The notes: a model not told the origin generated them from the letters alone. A DNA stretch of 64,000 nt from Halarcobacter sp. (GCA_048571215.1 CP182352.1:448001-512000), one strand, 5' to 3'; shown: positions 9,977 through 20,071, numbered from the stretch's first letter. Translations and numbers: made by a program.

Positions 9977-10714
9977 ATGGAAAAATTTTGGGATTTTAAA
10001 TCAAAAAACTATCCAACAGCAATGGATGAAAATGGTTTGGTTACACCAAATAAAGTATTAACAAAAGTAAAAGATTTTGGTGTAGATTTTAAATCAAAAA
10101 GTGTTTTAGATATAGGTTGTGGGACAGGATTATATAGCTCTATTATTTCACAAGAAGCAGACAATATCTTAGGTGTTGATATATCAAGTGGGATGTTAGG
10201 AAGGTTTGAAGAGTTTATACAACTGAATAAAATTAAAAATATAGAATTAAAAAAAACAGATTTTAAAGAGTTTGATACAAAAGAACAATATGATATTGTA
10301 CTTTGTGCTATGACTCCTGCAATAAGCTCTTTTAGTGATCTAGATATAATGATAGATTTAGCAAAAGAGAGTTGTATATATGTTTCTTTTTCAAAAGATA
10401 GACATAGCCCAATTATGGATGATATCCTTACAAAACTAGGATATCCAAATAAAATGAAAAATAAATTTTTTGATACTAAAGAGTATATAAACTCTTTAGG
10501 ATACCAGACAAAAGAGGAGTTTTTTGAACACAATTGGTCACAAGAAGGAACTTTGGATGAGATAGCAAATGATGTATTACAACATTTAAATTTGCGAGAT
10601 ATAAAAATTGATATTTCTCAAATAAAACAGTTATTAAAAGTTTATGAAAATGATGGAAAAATAGTAAGAGAAACCTTTTCAACTATAGGAGTATTGGTTT
10701 GGGATAAAAATTAA
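9977..10714 (+). CDS. Class I SAM-dependent methyltransferase
   Basis: Motif I VLDIGCGTG, GVDISSGML, YDIVLCAMTP. Confidence 0.9.
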   Translation: MEKFWDFKSKNYPTAMDENGLVTPNKVLTKVKDFGVDFKSKSVLDIGCGTGLYSSIISQEADNILGVDISSGMLGRFEEFIQLNKIKNIELKKTDFKEFDTKEQYDIVLCAMTPAISSFSDLDIMIDLAKESCIYVSFSKDRHSPIMDDILTKLGYPNKMKNKFFDTKEYINSLGYQTKEEFFEHNWSQEGTLDEIANDVLQHLNLRDIKIDISQIKQLLKVYENDGKIVRETFSTIGVLVWDKN

Positions 10715-10738
10715 GAAGATACATAAGTATCTTCTTAA
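10711..10738. terminator. Hairpin between convergent genes (probable bidirectional terminator)
   Basis: TTAAGAAGATAC-ATAA-GTATCTTCTTAA, perfect 12-bp stem. Confidence 0.7.
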
Positions 10739-11775
10739 AAAGAGCCTTTTGTAATCTCTTTTAACTCTTCATTTGTTAAGTTTTTGTGAAAAAATAGCTT
10801 ATAAAAATCTTTTGTCTCTTGATTTATATCTTTTGTATAATATTGTGGATAAATAAGAGAACTTAACCAATGAATACCCAATAGTCTCATAAATGAAGGT
10901 GGTCTATCAATCCAGTTAAAAGGAGTTCTTGGTACTAGAAAAACCTTTTTTTGTTTTACGGCATTTAACATTTTCCATTTTACACTTGTAAATATATTTT
11001 TAAAAAATTTTGGTGATTGAACTATTATAAAATCAGGATTTGCTTTTAAAATAGTTTCAAAACTAAGAGTTTCCATACCCATAATATCTTTTTGTAAACA
11101 TTCATAGATATTTTTAGCTTTTATAAATCTAAATTGAGTTGTATGAAAAGAGTTTGAACAATCACTTTGTAGACCATTTACCCCTTGAGCATAATAAAAT
11201 GTTTTTTGATTTGTCTCATTTATATTTGAAGAGATTTTTTTTATGTAATCCAAGCTTGATTTAGCATAATTAGATAATTCTTTACCTCTGTTTGGCAGAT
11301 CAAATAATTCTCCTAAAAAGTTAAATGTTTCTGGCATTTTTTCTAAGTTATCCGCATCAACCATTACAATTGGGATATCAACTTTTTTTAAACTTTTATT
11401 TACTTTTTTTAATAAAAAGTCATTTTTCCATGATAGAATCATTTGGGCATGTACACTTAAAAGTTTTTCAATACTTGCACCTTTTTGATTCCCATGCCAA
11501 CCACCTAGTATTGGAAGATTCATAAAATCTTCACCAACATACTCATTTGAAGTAAAATTGTTTTGATTATAAGCAGGGAAATTTAGACCAACTAAAAGTT
11601 TGGGATTATACAGCGAGACTAAAAATGTTGTAGGTGGAGCTGAACCAAAAACTCTTTCAATTTTATCTGGAAGAGTTATTGTTTCTCCACTCATATCTGT
11701 AATGTTTTTTGAAAATAGATTTGATAAATTTAGTAAAAAAATAACTAAAAAAACAAATATTGATTTATTTTTCAT
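10735..11775 (-). CDS. Metal-chelate ABC substrate-binding protein (paralog of 9015..9974)
   Basis: TDMSGETITLP, SAPPT, PILGGWHG, YYAQGVNGLQSDC, FNWIDRPPSFM. Confidence 0.9.
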   Translation of the reverse strand: MKNKSIFVFLVIFLLNLSNLFSKNITDMSGETITLPDKIERVFGSAPPTTFLVSLYNPKLLVGLNFPAYNQNNFTSNEYVGEDFMNLPILGGWHGNQKGASIEKLLSVHAQMILSWKNDFLLKKVNKSLKKVDIPIVMVDADNLEKMPETFNFLGELFDLPNRGKELSNYAKSSLDYIKKISSNINETNQKTFYYAQGVNGLQSDCSNSFHTTQFRFIKAKNIYECLQKDIMGMETLSFETILKANPDFIIVQSPKFFKNIFTSVKWKMLNAVKQKKVFLVPRTPFNWIDRPPSFMRLLGIHWLSSLIYPQYYTKDINQETKDFYKLFFHKNLTNEELKEITKGSF

Positions 11776-12359
11776 TTTTTCTCCTCAAATTCGTGGGCAA
11801 TATTTTCATAAGGGTATCTTTTTGGAGCCTCCATCATAGTTCTTCTATTAATCATACGCAAAGATAAAGATTCTATCCATTCCCAAAATGGTTTTATATA
11901 CTCTTTAGGAAAATCTATATCTTTCAGAGTTTTTTTGTAAAACATAAGCCAAACATCTCTAGCATGTTCATCTATTGTAAATGGAAAATGTCTTGAGCGA
12001 AGGTGTGGATGTCCATGTTTTGAGCTATATCTTGAACCACCACCTAAGGCTTCCATAAAAAATTCTGCTGTCCTTTGTGTAACCATTTCAAACTCTTTTT
12101 CATCTTGTGAAAAGATATCTTTTATGGAACTGTTTTTTAATAATCCATGATGATGGAAAACCATTTTGATAATATTTTTTTCTCCAAACTCTTCATAAAT
12201 AGTTTTAGGAGGAAATGGCACTGGTGGGTAGATAAAATCAATCATAATATCTTTTACACCATTTGGGTCAAATTTTTGACTGATATCACATTGACTGAAT
12301 TTTTTGATTTCATCTAAGGGTTCATGTCTTAGATTTATAAATGAATGTTTATTGTTCAT
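11772..12359 (-). CDS. Group II truncated hemoglobin (GlbO-like) with N-terminal extension
   Basis: EFFMEALGGGSRY, HGHPHLRSRHFPFTID...RDVWL. ATG 12359 follows AAGGA. 4-bp overlap with the next gene. Confidence 0.85.
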   Translation of the reverse strand: MNNKHSFINLRHEPLDEIKKFSQCDISQKFDPNGVKDIMIDFIYPPVPFPPKTIYEEFGEKNIIKMVFHHHGLLKNSSIKDIFSQDEKEFEMVTQRTAEFFMEALGGGSRYSSKHGHPHLRSRHFPFTIDEHARDVWLMFYKKTLKDIDFPKEYIKPFWEWIESLSLRMINRRTMMEAPKRYPYENIAHEFEEKK

Positions 12360-12418
12360 TTTTTTTCCTTTACTTAAATTTAAAGCGAAAAAAAACAAGT
12401 AAGTAAAGTAATGAACAA

Positions 12419-12450
12419 CGTAGTATATTAAAATATATAGCGTTTGTCAA
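12419..12450 (-). promoter_or_regulatory. ModE-like operator (site 3) overlapping the sigma70 promoter of the globin-SBP operon
   Basis: CGTAGTATA-TTAAAA-TATATAGCG at 12419-12442. Minus-strand TTGACA, 17-bp spacer, TATACT. Confidence 0.75.
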
Positions 12451-12501
12451 TATTTTAAATTGTTATGTAAGTTTTATGAAAAGTTAAAATTTATTGATTT
12501 A

Positions 12502-12534
12502 TATTAAGAGTACCTAAAAATAGGTATCTTAATA
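12502..12534 (-). terminator. Hairpin downstream of the 12535..12873 gene
   Basis: TATTAAGA(G)TACCTA-AAAA-TAGGTATCTTAATA inverted repeat. Confidence 0.5.
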
Positions 12535-12873
12535 CTATTTTGTTCCTAAAATGTAATAAACAGGTTTTTTATCAAGTTTTTGTAAGTCAACATTGTATTT
12601 ATCTGCCCAGTTATTAACTTCATCATGAAACTCTTCTAAAATCTCTTGTGCATCGTTTTCATCACATTTGATTTTAAGGTACTCAGATGAGTTTGATAAT
12701 CCAACATAAGCATTCATCTTTTTTAAATTGTCATTTAAACTTATTAGATGTTTAGAAAATTTTTCAAAATCTTTTGTTTGTTCCATAATAACTTGGGCTT
12801 GTTTTAATGATGTATCACTTTTTGTGTAACCAAGTTGTGAAAGTAAAACTTCCGGTGAAACTTCTAAATGCAT
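12535..12873 (-). CDS. Hypothetical protein
   Basis: 112-aa ORF with a strong AAGGAG RBS; no motif recognised. Confidence 0.75.
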   Translation of the reverse strand: MHLEVSPEVLLSQLGYTKSDTSLKQAQVIMEQTKDFEKFSKHLISLNDNLKKMNAYVGLSNSSEYLKIKCDENDAQEILEEFHDEVNNWADKYNVDLQKLDKKPVYYILGTK

Positions 12874-13056
12874 ACTACTCCTTTTTTATTTTTTGAATAA
12901 AGATATTATCAAAAAATTTATGAATATGACTTGAAATATATTTTAATATAAACAATTTATATTTTATTTAATAATATAAATTAATTTAGATAGATTTAAT
13001 AAAATATAATTTCATTTAGAGTATCATTTTTAAAATAAAGTTTTCAAAGGACTTAT

Positions 13057-13371
13057 GTGAGTGTCTTACTACAAATGGCAATGTTTCCTACAGATAAAAG
13101 TGAAAGTAAAAGCGAGCAGGTTTCTCAAGTAATAAAAGTGATTAGAGAATGTGGTTTTCCATACCAATTAACACCTATGGCTACGATTATAGAAACACAA
13201 AAGATGTCAGATGCTTTGGCGATAATTCAAAAATGTTATGATGTTTTGGATAGTTTAGATTGTAATAGAGTTTATTCTGCTATCACTTTTGATATTAGAA
13301 AAGGGCATGATAATAGACTTAAAAGTAAAGTTAAATCGATTGAGGATAAGATAGGTGAGGTTTCAAAATAG
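13057..13371 (+). CDS. MTH1187/YkoF family thiamine-binding protein
   Basis: SVLLQMAMFP, YQLTPMATIIE, RVYSAITFDIR, RLKSKVKSIE. Confidence 0.85.
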   Translation: MSVLLQMAMFPTDKSESKSEQVSQVIKVIRECGFPYQLTPMATIIETQKMSDALAIIQKCYDVLDSLDCNRVYSAITFDIRKGHDNRLKSKVKSIEDKIGEVSK

Positions 13372-13372
13372 T

Positions 13373-13945
13373 CTAAAATAGACTTTTTTGAAGTCCTAAA
13401 TTATCTTCATCCAAAGCTTTAAGTTTAAAAGTTTTTCTATGCTCTTCACATCTTCCAAACTCTTTAATTTTTTCCACATGAGCTTTAGTTCCATACCCTT
13501 TATGTTTCTCAAAGTTATAATTTGGATATTTTGAAGAGATTTCACACATATATCTATCTCTGCTAACTTTTGCCAAGATAGAAGCTGCACTTACCTCTTT
13601 TATTTTTGCATCAGCTTTTATCATATAACTTAAGTTTGTAATACCAAATGAGGTATTCCCATCCATTAGAAATTCATCTGTTTTATCTTTTAATTTAGTC
13701 ATTATCTCTTGTATAGAGTTTTTTAAACAAGCTGAAATCCCTTTTGTATCAATATCTTTTGCTGAGGTAAATACTATATGATAGTATGAGTTTTTAACTA
13801 TCTTATCAAATAGTTCTTCTCTTTTTTTTTCAGTAAGTTTTTTTGAATCATTTAATTCATTTATTTCATTTTTTAATATTACTCCAGAAACTACTAGTGG
13901 TCCTGCTAATGGTCCTCTTCCTGCTTCATCAATTCCACATAACAA
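13373..13945 (-). CDS. rnhB: Ribonuclease HII
   Basis: GIDEAGRGPLAGP, DSKKL, AASILAKVSRD, HKGYGT. Confidence 0.97.
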   Translation of the reverse strand: MLCGIDEAGRGPLAGPLVVSGVILKNEINELNDSKKLTEKKREELFDKIVKNSYYHIVFTSAKDIDTKGISACLKNSIQEIMTKLKDKTDEFLMDGNTSFGITNLSYMIKADAKIKEVSAASILAKVSRDRYMCEISSKYPNYNFEKHKGYGTKAHVEKIKEFGRCEEHRKTFKLKALDEDNLGLQKSLF

Positions 13946-14054
13946 ATATACTCCTTTAATAAAATTATAAAAATTTTATAAAAAATAAGATAATAATGTA
14001 GTAATAATATTGTAATATTATTTAAATATAGTATAATACTACAAATTTGAGGGA

Positions 14055-15179
14055 ATGGTTATGAAAAAAAGTCTACTTATAATTTTTTCTTTGTTAATAA
14101 TCATAACTCTAAGTGCTTATATTTTTTTTCAAAAGAATGTAATAAAAATTGGTTTTGTTGCAGGGCTTAGTGGAAAGTATTCTAATTTAGGACATAATGT
14201 TTTAGATGGTTTTATGCTTGCTTTTGATGAAATAAATTATAAAATTAATAATGAAAAAGTGCAAATTGTTATAAAAGATGATATGCAAAAAGAACAGGTT
14301 GCTAAAAGAAATATTGTGGACTTAGAAAAAGAGGGTATAAATCTAATAGTTGGAAACACAACAAGTTCAATGACTAAAGCATCTTTATCTAAATTGGTAT
14401 TATATAAAAATCTTTTTTTATTTTCACCAACAGCAAGTTCAAGTGAATTTAGCAATTATGATGATAATTTTTTTAGGCTCCAAGTGGACAACTCAAAAGA
14501 AAGATTTAAATTATTATCAAAATATCTCATAAAAAATAAATTAACAAATCTATATTTGATTTATGATCCTAAAAACAAATCTTATACAAATAACTATTTA
14601 CATAACTTAGAGGATTCCTTACTTGAAGAAGGTGGAAAAAAGTATATAGCAACAAATACTATAGATAAGGGTTTTAAATTTATTTTAAATGATATTAAAT
14701 CAAAAGATGATTTAGATGGAATAGTTATTGTTGCTAATAGTTTAGATACAACTAGGTTGATTCAATATTTAAGGGTTAATGGTATAGATAAAAAGATTAT
14801 TTCATCTTCTTGGTCAAAGGGTAAAAAGTTTTTAGAAGATGGTGGAAATGCAGTTGAAGGGACAATCTTTTTAACTACATACGATTTACATTCAAAAGAT
14901 AAAAAATACTTAAATTTTGTAAAAAGATTTAAAAATAAATATAATTATGACCCTTCGGTATTTTCTGCACAAGGTTATGAAACGGCTAAAGTGATAATTG
15001 ATATACTTAATAAAGATTCAAATCTAAAGAATTTTAAAGAAAATATAAAGAAGATAAAAACATTTGAAGGTTTACAAGTAAAAATATTTTTTAATGAATT
15101 TGGAGATGTATATAGAGATAGTTTTATTGTTCAAGTTAAAAACCATAAATTCAAAAGATTAGACTTCTCTTTAGAGTAA
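14055..15179 (+). CDS. LivK-like (type I) periplasmic substrate-binding protein
   Basis: N-terminal TM, IKIGFVAGLSG, GNTTSS, GGNAVEG, YDPSVFSAQGYE. Confidence 0.85.
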   Translation: MVMKKSLLIIFSLLIIITLSAYIFFQKNVIKIGFVAGLSGKYSNLGHNVLDGFMLAFDEINYKINNEKVQIVIKDDMQKEQVAKRNIVDLEKEGINLIVGNTTSSMTKASLSKLVLYKNLFLFSPTASSSEFSNYDDNFFRLQVDNSKERFKLLSKYLIKNKLTNLYLIYDPKNKSYTNNYLHNLEDSLLEEGGKKYIATNTIDKGFKFILNDIKSKDDLDGIVIVANSLDTTRLIQYLRVNGIDKKIISSSWSKGKKFLEDGGNAVEGTIFLTTYDLHSKDKKYLNFVKRFKNKYNYDPSVFSAQGYETAKVIIDILNKDSNLKNFKENIKKIKTFEGLQVKIFFNEFGDVYRDSFIVQVKNHKFKRLDFSLE

Positions 15180-15181
15180 TT

Positions 15182-17314
15182 ATGAATAGAAATTTAAAAA
15201 AGCAAATACTTTTTCTTTTAATTTTTTTTACTATAACTGTTACTATTATAATTGGTGCATTATCAATTATTAATATATACAACTCAAAAATAGATATTAT
15301 TAAACACAATCAGAATTTAGTATTAAAACAGGTTTTATATGAGATAGATAGCCAATTAAAAAAGATAGAGAAAGTATCTTTATATATTTCAGAAAACTAT
15401 TTTTTAAATGAAAACATACTAAAAAATATTGTTGAAGTAAAAAGTGATATATCAACAATTATGGTTTTAAATAAAGCAGGTTTGGTTGAAGATTTATATA
15501 CAAATTCACAAATAAATCAAAATATTTATAAAGGTTTTGATTTCTCAAATAAAGAGTATTTTAAAAGATTAAAAAACAATAATAGCTATTGGTCAAATGT
15601 ATTTTTATCATCATTTGATGAAAAACCAACAATCTCTTATAGTTTTGTTATGGGTGATAAAATAGGTGTTATTCTAATAGATATAAAAGAGATATCTGAT
15701 TTTATATTTAGTTTTAAAAATCAAGATGGATCAAATATGATAAGAGTTTTTGATAAAAATGCAATTATGATTATGAATCCAGATCACATAAACTATGTTT
15801 TACAACGCTATAATGCCAGTTCATCGCCTGTTTATACAGAATTAATTAACAAACATCAACCTTTTGAATATACACTATTTTATTCTTCAATTGATAAACA
15901 AAAGCAATTAGGTACTTATGTGACATCTATAGAAAGTGGTTGGAATATAGTAGTTAGAGAAAACTATAGTAATATTTTAGAAACGCTTAACAGTGTCTTT
16001 TTATCTGTTGTTATTACAATTCTTATTTTTACAATACTAGCAATATATTTAGCCTTAAAAATTTCAAGAAGAGTTTTTAAGTCATTTGATGATATTGAGA
16101 ATATAACTTCTAATATTGCTAAAGGTAATTATGATATTAAGCTAAAAGATTTATATTATGATGAGTTTAATAGAGTTTTAAATAGTTTTAATAAAATGCA
16201 AATGCAGATTGATAAAAGAGAAGAGAATTTAGAAAAGTCTTTAAATAGTTTTAAATCTTTGTTTAATTCAACAATGGAATCGATTGTTTTACATAAAGAA
16301 AATGTAGTTATAGATGTAAATGATGTTTGTTTAGAACTATTAAAATTAGATTCAAAAGATCTAATAATAGGAAAAAGTATCTATTCTTATATTTCACCAG
16401 AATATAAAGAACTTGTTGAATCTAATTATGAAAAAAATACGGGACCCTATGAGATTGAACTAATAAATAGTGAAGGGAAAAGGATAAATACTTTAGTTCA
16501 AGGTAAATTTATAGACTTGCAAGGAAGAAAGGTCAAAATATCTTCGGTGATTGATATTACAGAGCTTAAACATAAAGATAACCTTCTTTTTCAACAAAGT
16601 AAAATGGCAGCTATGGGTGAGATGATAGGAAATATTGCCCATCAATGGAGACAACCACTAAGTGTTATTAGTACTTGTGCTAGTGGTGTTAAGTTTGAAA
16701 AAGAGTATGGCGAGTTAAAAGATGAAAGATTTATTGAGTCTATGGATGTTATTTTAGAAAACTCTCAATATTTATCAAGAACAATTGATGACTTTAGAAA
16801 CTTTTTCAATACAGAAAAAGTAGCCGAAGATTTTGTAGTAAAAAATATCATAAAAAGGGCACTAAAACTTTTGAGCTCAACTTTAAAAAATTATGAGATA
16901 GATTTACATACACAATTTTTGGAAGAAGAGTTTAGATATGAAGGTTTTCCAAATGAGTTTATTCAAGTATTTATAAACTTAATAAACAACTCAAAAGATG
17001 CTTTTCTTTTAAATGATATAAAAAATAGGTATATAGAAGTATTAGAACATAAATATGAAGATAAGTATATTTTAGAAATAAGAGATAATGCAGGAGGAAT
17101 CCCTGAAAATATAATAAATAAAATTTTTGATCCATACTTTACTACTAAACATAAAGCCCAAGGGACTGGAATAGGTCTTTATATGTCTCATCAAATAATT
17201 GTAGATCATATGCATGGTGAAATAAGTGTAAAAAATGTAAATATCTTTGTTCATGATAAAGTACAAAAAGGTTCTTGCTTTAGAATTGAATTCCCACTAA
17301 ATAAGCTCTCTTAA
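15182..17314 (+). CDS. Sensor histidine kinase (Cache, HAMP, PAS, HATPase)
   Basis: Two TMs, H-box GNIAHQWRQPL, NNSKDA, DNAGGI, PYFTTK, GTGIGL. Confidence 0.93.
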   Translation: MNRNLKKQILFLLIFFTITVTIIIGALSIINIYNSKIDIIKHNQNLVLKQVLYEIDSQLKKIEKVSLYISENYFLNENILKNIVEVKSDISTIMVLNKAGLVEDLYTNSQINQNIYKGFDFSNKEYFKRLKNNNSYWSNVFLSSFDEKPTISYSFVMGDKIGVILIDIKEISDFIFSFKNQDGSNMIRVFDKNAIMIMNPDHINYVLQRYNASSSPVYTELINKHQPFEYTLFYSSIDKQKQLGTYVTSIESGWNIVVRENYSNILETLNSVFLSVVITILIFTILAIYLALKISRRVFKSFDDIENITSNIAKGNYDIKLKDLYYDEFNRVLNSFNKMQMQIDKREENLEKSLNSFKSLFNSTMESIVLHKENVVIDVNDVCLELLKLDSKDLIIGKSIYSYISPEYKELVESNYEKNTGPYEIELINSEGKRINTLVQGKFIDLQGRKVKISSVIDITELKHKDNLLFQQSKMAAMGEMIGNIAHQWRQPLSVISTCASGVKFEKEYGELKDERFIESMDVILENSQYLSRTIDDFRNFFNTEKVAEDFVVKNIIKRALKLLSSTLKNYEIDLHTQFLEEEFRYEGFPNEFIQVFINLINNSKDAFLLNDIKNRYIEVLEHKYEDKYILEIRDNAGGIPENIINKIFDPYFTTKHKAQGTGIGLYMSHQIIVDHMHGEISVKNVNIFVHDKVQKGSCFRIEFPLNKLS

Positions 17315-17331
17315 ATATATATATTATAAAA

Positions 17332-17361
17332 CTTGACAAATAAAAGCTCAAGTGCTATAAT
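17332..17361 (+). promoter_or_regulatory. clpB sigma70 promoter overlapped by a HAIR-like (HspR) operator
   Basis: TTGACA (17333), 17-bp spacer, TATAAT (17356) preceded by TGc. CTTGACA-N7-GCTCAAG versus HAIR CTTGAGT-N7-ACTCAAG. Confidence 0.7.
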
Positions 17362-17365
17362 TTTA

Positions 17366-17392
17366 TTAGCAGTTAAATACAAGGAGTGCTAA
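17366..17392 (+). promoter_or_regulatory. CIRCE-like (HrcA) operator overlapping the clpB RBS
   Basis: TTAGCAGTT-AAATACAAG-GAGTGCTAA versus CIRCE TTAGCACTC-N9-GAGTGCTAA; right arm perfect. Confidence 0.8.
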
Positions 17393-17394
17393 AA

Positions 17395-19980
17395 ATGAAT
17401 AATATATTTGAAAAATTAACAAACCAAATGGCTGAAACAATTGATTCATCAGTTGCTTTAGCTTTACACAATAAAAACCAAGAAGTGGAAGTGATACATC
17501 TTTTATGGGCTTTATTAACAAATACTAATTCTGTATTAAATCAATTATTAAATAAAATGAATGTTAATAAAGCTGCAATTGAGCTAGAAACAAAATCTTA
17601 TGCAAATAAACTTCCTCAGGTTTCTTCTGTAACAAAAGAGAATATAAAGTTATCTAAAAACCTATTATCCTCTTTACAAAAAGCGCAAGGAGTTATGGCT
17701 ACATTAGGAGATAAATATATAGCTATAGATAGTTGGCTTATAGCTAATTTTGATTCAAAAGAGTTAAAAGAGGTTTTAGGTAAATATATAGATTTACGAG
17801 AAGCAAAAAAAGAGCTTGAAGCCATGAGAGGTGGAAATAAAATAGATAGTGCAAGCTCAGATGATAATTTTGAGGCATTAAGTAAATATGGTATAGATTT
17901 AAATAAAAAAGCTATTGATGGAGAGTTGGATCCAGTTATTGGAAGAGATGAACAAATTAATAGAATGATGCAAATTCTTATTAGAAAAACAAAAAACAAC
18001 CCTATATTATTAGGGGAACCAGGGACTGGTAAAACAGCAATAGCAGAAGGTCTTGCCCAAAGAATTGTAAACAAAGAGGTACCTTTGAGTTTACAAAATA
18101 AAAAAGTTGTAACTTTAGATATGAGTGCTTTAATTGCAGGTGCTAAATATAGAGGAGAGTTTGAGGATAGACTAAAATCAGTAATTGATGAGGTTAAAAA
18201 AGCTGGAAATATTATACTATTTATTGATGAAATTCATACAATTATTGGAGCAGGTGCAAGTGAAGGGAGTATGGATGCAGCAAATATACTAAAACCTAGT
18301 CTTGCAAGAGGTGAATTACACACTATAGGTGCAACAACTCTAAAAGAGTATAGAAAGTATTTTGAAAAAGATGCAGCTATGCAAAGAAGATTTCAACCAG
18401 TAAATGTAGATGAGCCAAGTGTAAATGAAGCTTTACAGATTTTAAGAGGTATAAAAGAGAAACTTGAAGCTCACCATAATGTAACTATAAATGATAGTGC
18501 GCTAATTAGTGCAGCAAAACTAAGTGATAGATATATAAGTGATAGATTTTTACCAGATAAAGCTATTGACCTTATAGATGAGGCAGCAGCAGAATTAAAA
18601 ATGCAAATTGAGTCAGAACCAATAGCACTTTCTACTATAAAAAGAGAGATTCAAACAATCAATGTTGAAAAAGAAGCTCTTAAAATGGAAAAAAGCAAAA
18701 AAAATGAACAAAGATTAGTAGAAATAGATAAAGAGTTAGCAAATCTAAATGAAGAGAAACAAAATTTAGAAGCAAGATTTAATAATGAAAAACAAACCTT
18801 TAATGCAACAAGTGAACTAAAAACAAAAATTGATGAACTAAAAACAAAAGCAAATATTGCAAAAAGAGAATCAAATTTTGAACAAGCAGCTTCAATAGAG
18901 TATGGAGAGATACCAGCTTTAGAACAAAAAATAAAAGAAAACGAAGAAAAATGGAAAATAATGCAAGAGGAGGGAACCTTACTTAGAAACTCAGTAGATG
19001 AAGAAGCAATTGCGAGTATTGTAAGTCGTTGGACAGGTATCCCTGTAAATAAGATGTTGGATTCTGAAAAACAAAAAGTTTTAAAAGTTGAAGAGGTACT
19101 AAAAAAAGATGTTATAGGTCAAGATGAGGCTTTAAAAGCTATAAGTAGAGCTATAAAAAGAAATAAAGCAGGATTAAGCGAAGAGAGTAGACCTATTGGT
19201 TCCTTTATGTTTTTGGGACCAACAGGGGTTGGTAAAACAGAATCAGCTAAAACCTTAGCAAGATTTTTATTTGATGATCCAAAAGCACTTATTAGATTTG
19301 ATATGAGTGAATATATGGAGAAACATGCTGTAAGTAGACTAATAGGTGCAGCACCTGGATATGTGGGATATGATGAGGGTGGTCAGTTAACAGAAGCTGT
19401 TAGAAGAAAACCTTATAGTGTTATACTTTTTGATGAGATTGAAAAAGCACATCCAGATGTATTTAATATACTTTTACAAGTATTAGATGATGGAAGACTT
19501 ACAGATAACAAAGGCGTAACTGTTGATTTTAAAAATACAATTATAATTTTAACTTCAAATATAGGAAGTAGTAAGATTATTGAAATTAGTGATAAAGATA
19601 GTAGAAAAAAAGAGGTTTTAAGTGAATTAAAAAGCCATTTTAGACCAGAGTTCTTAAATAGACTTGATGATATTGTGATTTTTGAACAGTTAAATTTAGA
19701 GGCTATTACAAATATAGTTGATATTTTATTTGAAAATATTAAGAAAAAACTTGAGCAAAAAGAGATAATTATCTCTTTATCAAAAAATGCAAAAGAGTAT
19801 ATTGCAAAAGTTGGGTTTGACCCTGTTTATGGTGCTAGACCACTAAAAAGAGCTATTTATGAAATAGTTGAAGATAAATTGGCAGATTTAATTTTAGAGG
19901 ATAAAATCACACAAGGTTCATCAGTGAATTTTGATGAAAAAGATGGAGAAATTGTTGTTGAGATTGGAAATATAGATTAA
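17395..19980 (+). CDS. clpB: Chaperone ClpB
   Basis: Two AAA modules ([16 protein letters not shown]), KYRGEFEDR, coiled-coil M domain, [12 protein letters not shown] 17395 follows AAGGAG. Confidence 0.96.
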   Translation: MNNIFEKLTNQMAETIDSSVALALHNKNQEVEVIHLLWALLTNTNSVLNQLLNKMNVNKAAIELETKSYANKLPQVSSVTKENIKLSKNLLSSLQKAQGVMATLGDKYIAIDSWLIANFDSKELKEVLGKYIDLREAKKELEAMRGGNKIDSASSDDNFEALSKYGIDLNKKAIDGELDPVIGRDEQINRMMQILIRKTKNNPILLGEPGTGKTAIAEGLAQRIVNKEVPLSLQNKKVVTLDMSALIAGAKYRGEFEDRLKSVIDEVKKAGNIILFIDEIHTIIGAGASEGSMDAANILKPSLARGELHTIGATTLKEYRKYFEKDAAMQRRFQPVNVDEPSVNEALQILRGIKEKLEAHHNVTINDSALISAAKLSDRYISDRFLPDKAIDLIDEAAAELKMQIESEPIALSTIKREIQTINVEKEALKMEKSKKNEQRLVEIDKELANLNEEKQNLEARFNNEKQTFNATSELKTKIDELKTKANIAKRESNFEQAASIEYGEIPALEQKIKENEEKWKIMQEEGTLLRNSVDEEAIASIVSRWTGIPVNKMLDSEKQKVLKVEEVLKKDVIGQDEALKAISRAIKRNKAGLSEESRPIGSFMFLGPTGVGKTESAKTLARFLFDDPKALIRFDMSEYMEKHAVSRLIGAAPGYVGYDEGGQLTEAVRRKPYSVILFDEIEKAHPDVFNILLQVLDDGRLTDNKGVTVDFKNTIIILTSNIGSSKIIEISDKDSRKKEVLSELKSHFRPEFLNRLDDIVIFEQLNLEAITNIVDILFENIKKKLEQKEIIISLSKNAKEYIAKVGFDPVYGARPLKRAIYEIVEDKLADLILEDKITQGSSVNFDEKDGEIVVEIGNID

Positions 19981-20071
19981 TATGATTTAAAATTCCTTAA
20001 ACTAAACAAAATTTAAGTATCATTTAAATATAATACGCGACTTAATTTGTGAATAGAGGAACTAAAAGATT

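Noticed and set aside
19981..20071. Possible oriC/dnaA next to rpmH
   Set aside because: clpB lies upstream instead of dnaA, the gap is only ~90 bp, and I saw no DnaA-box cluster.
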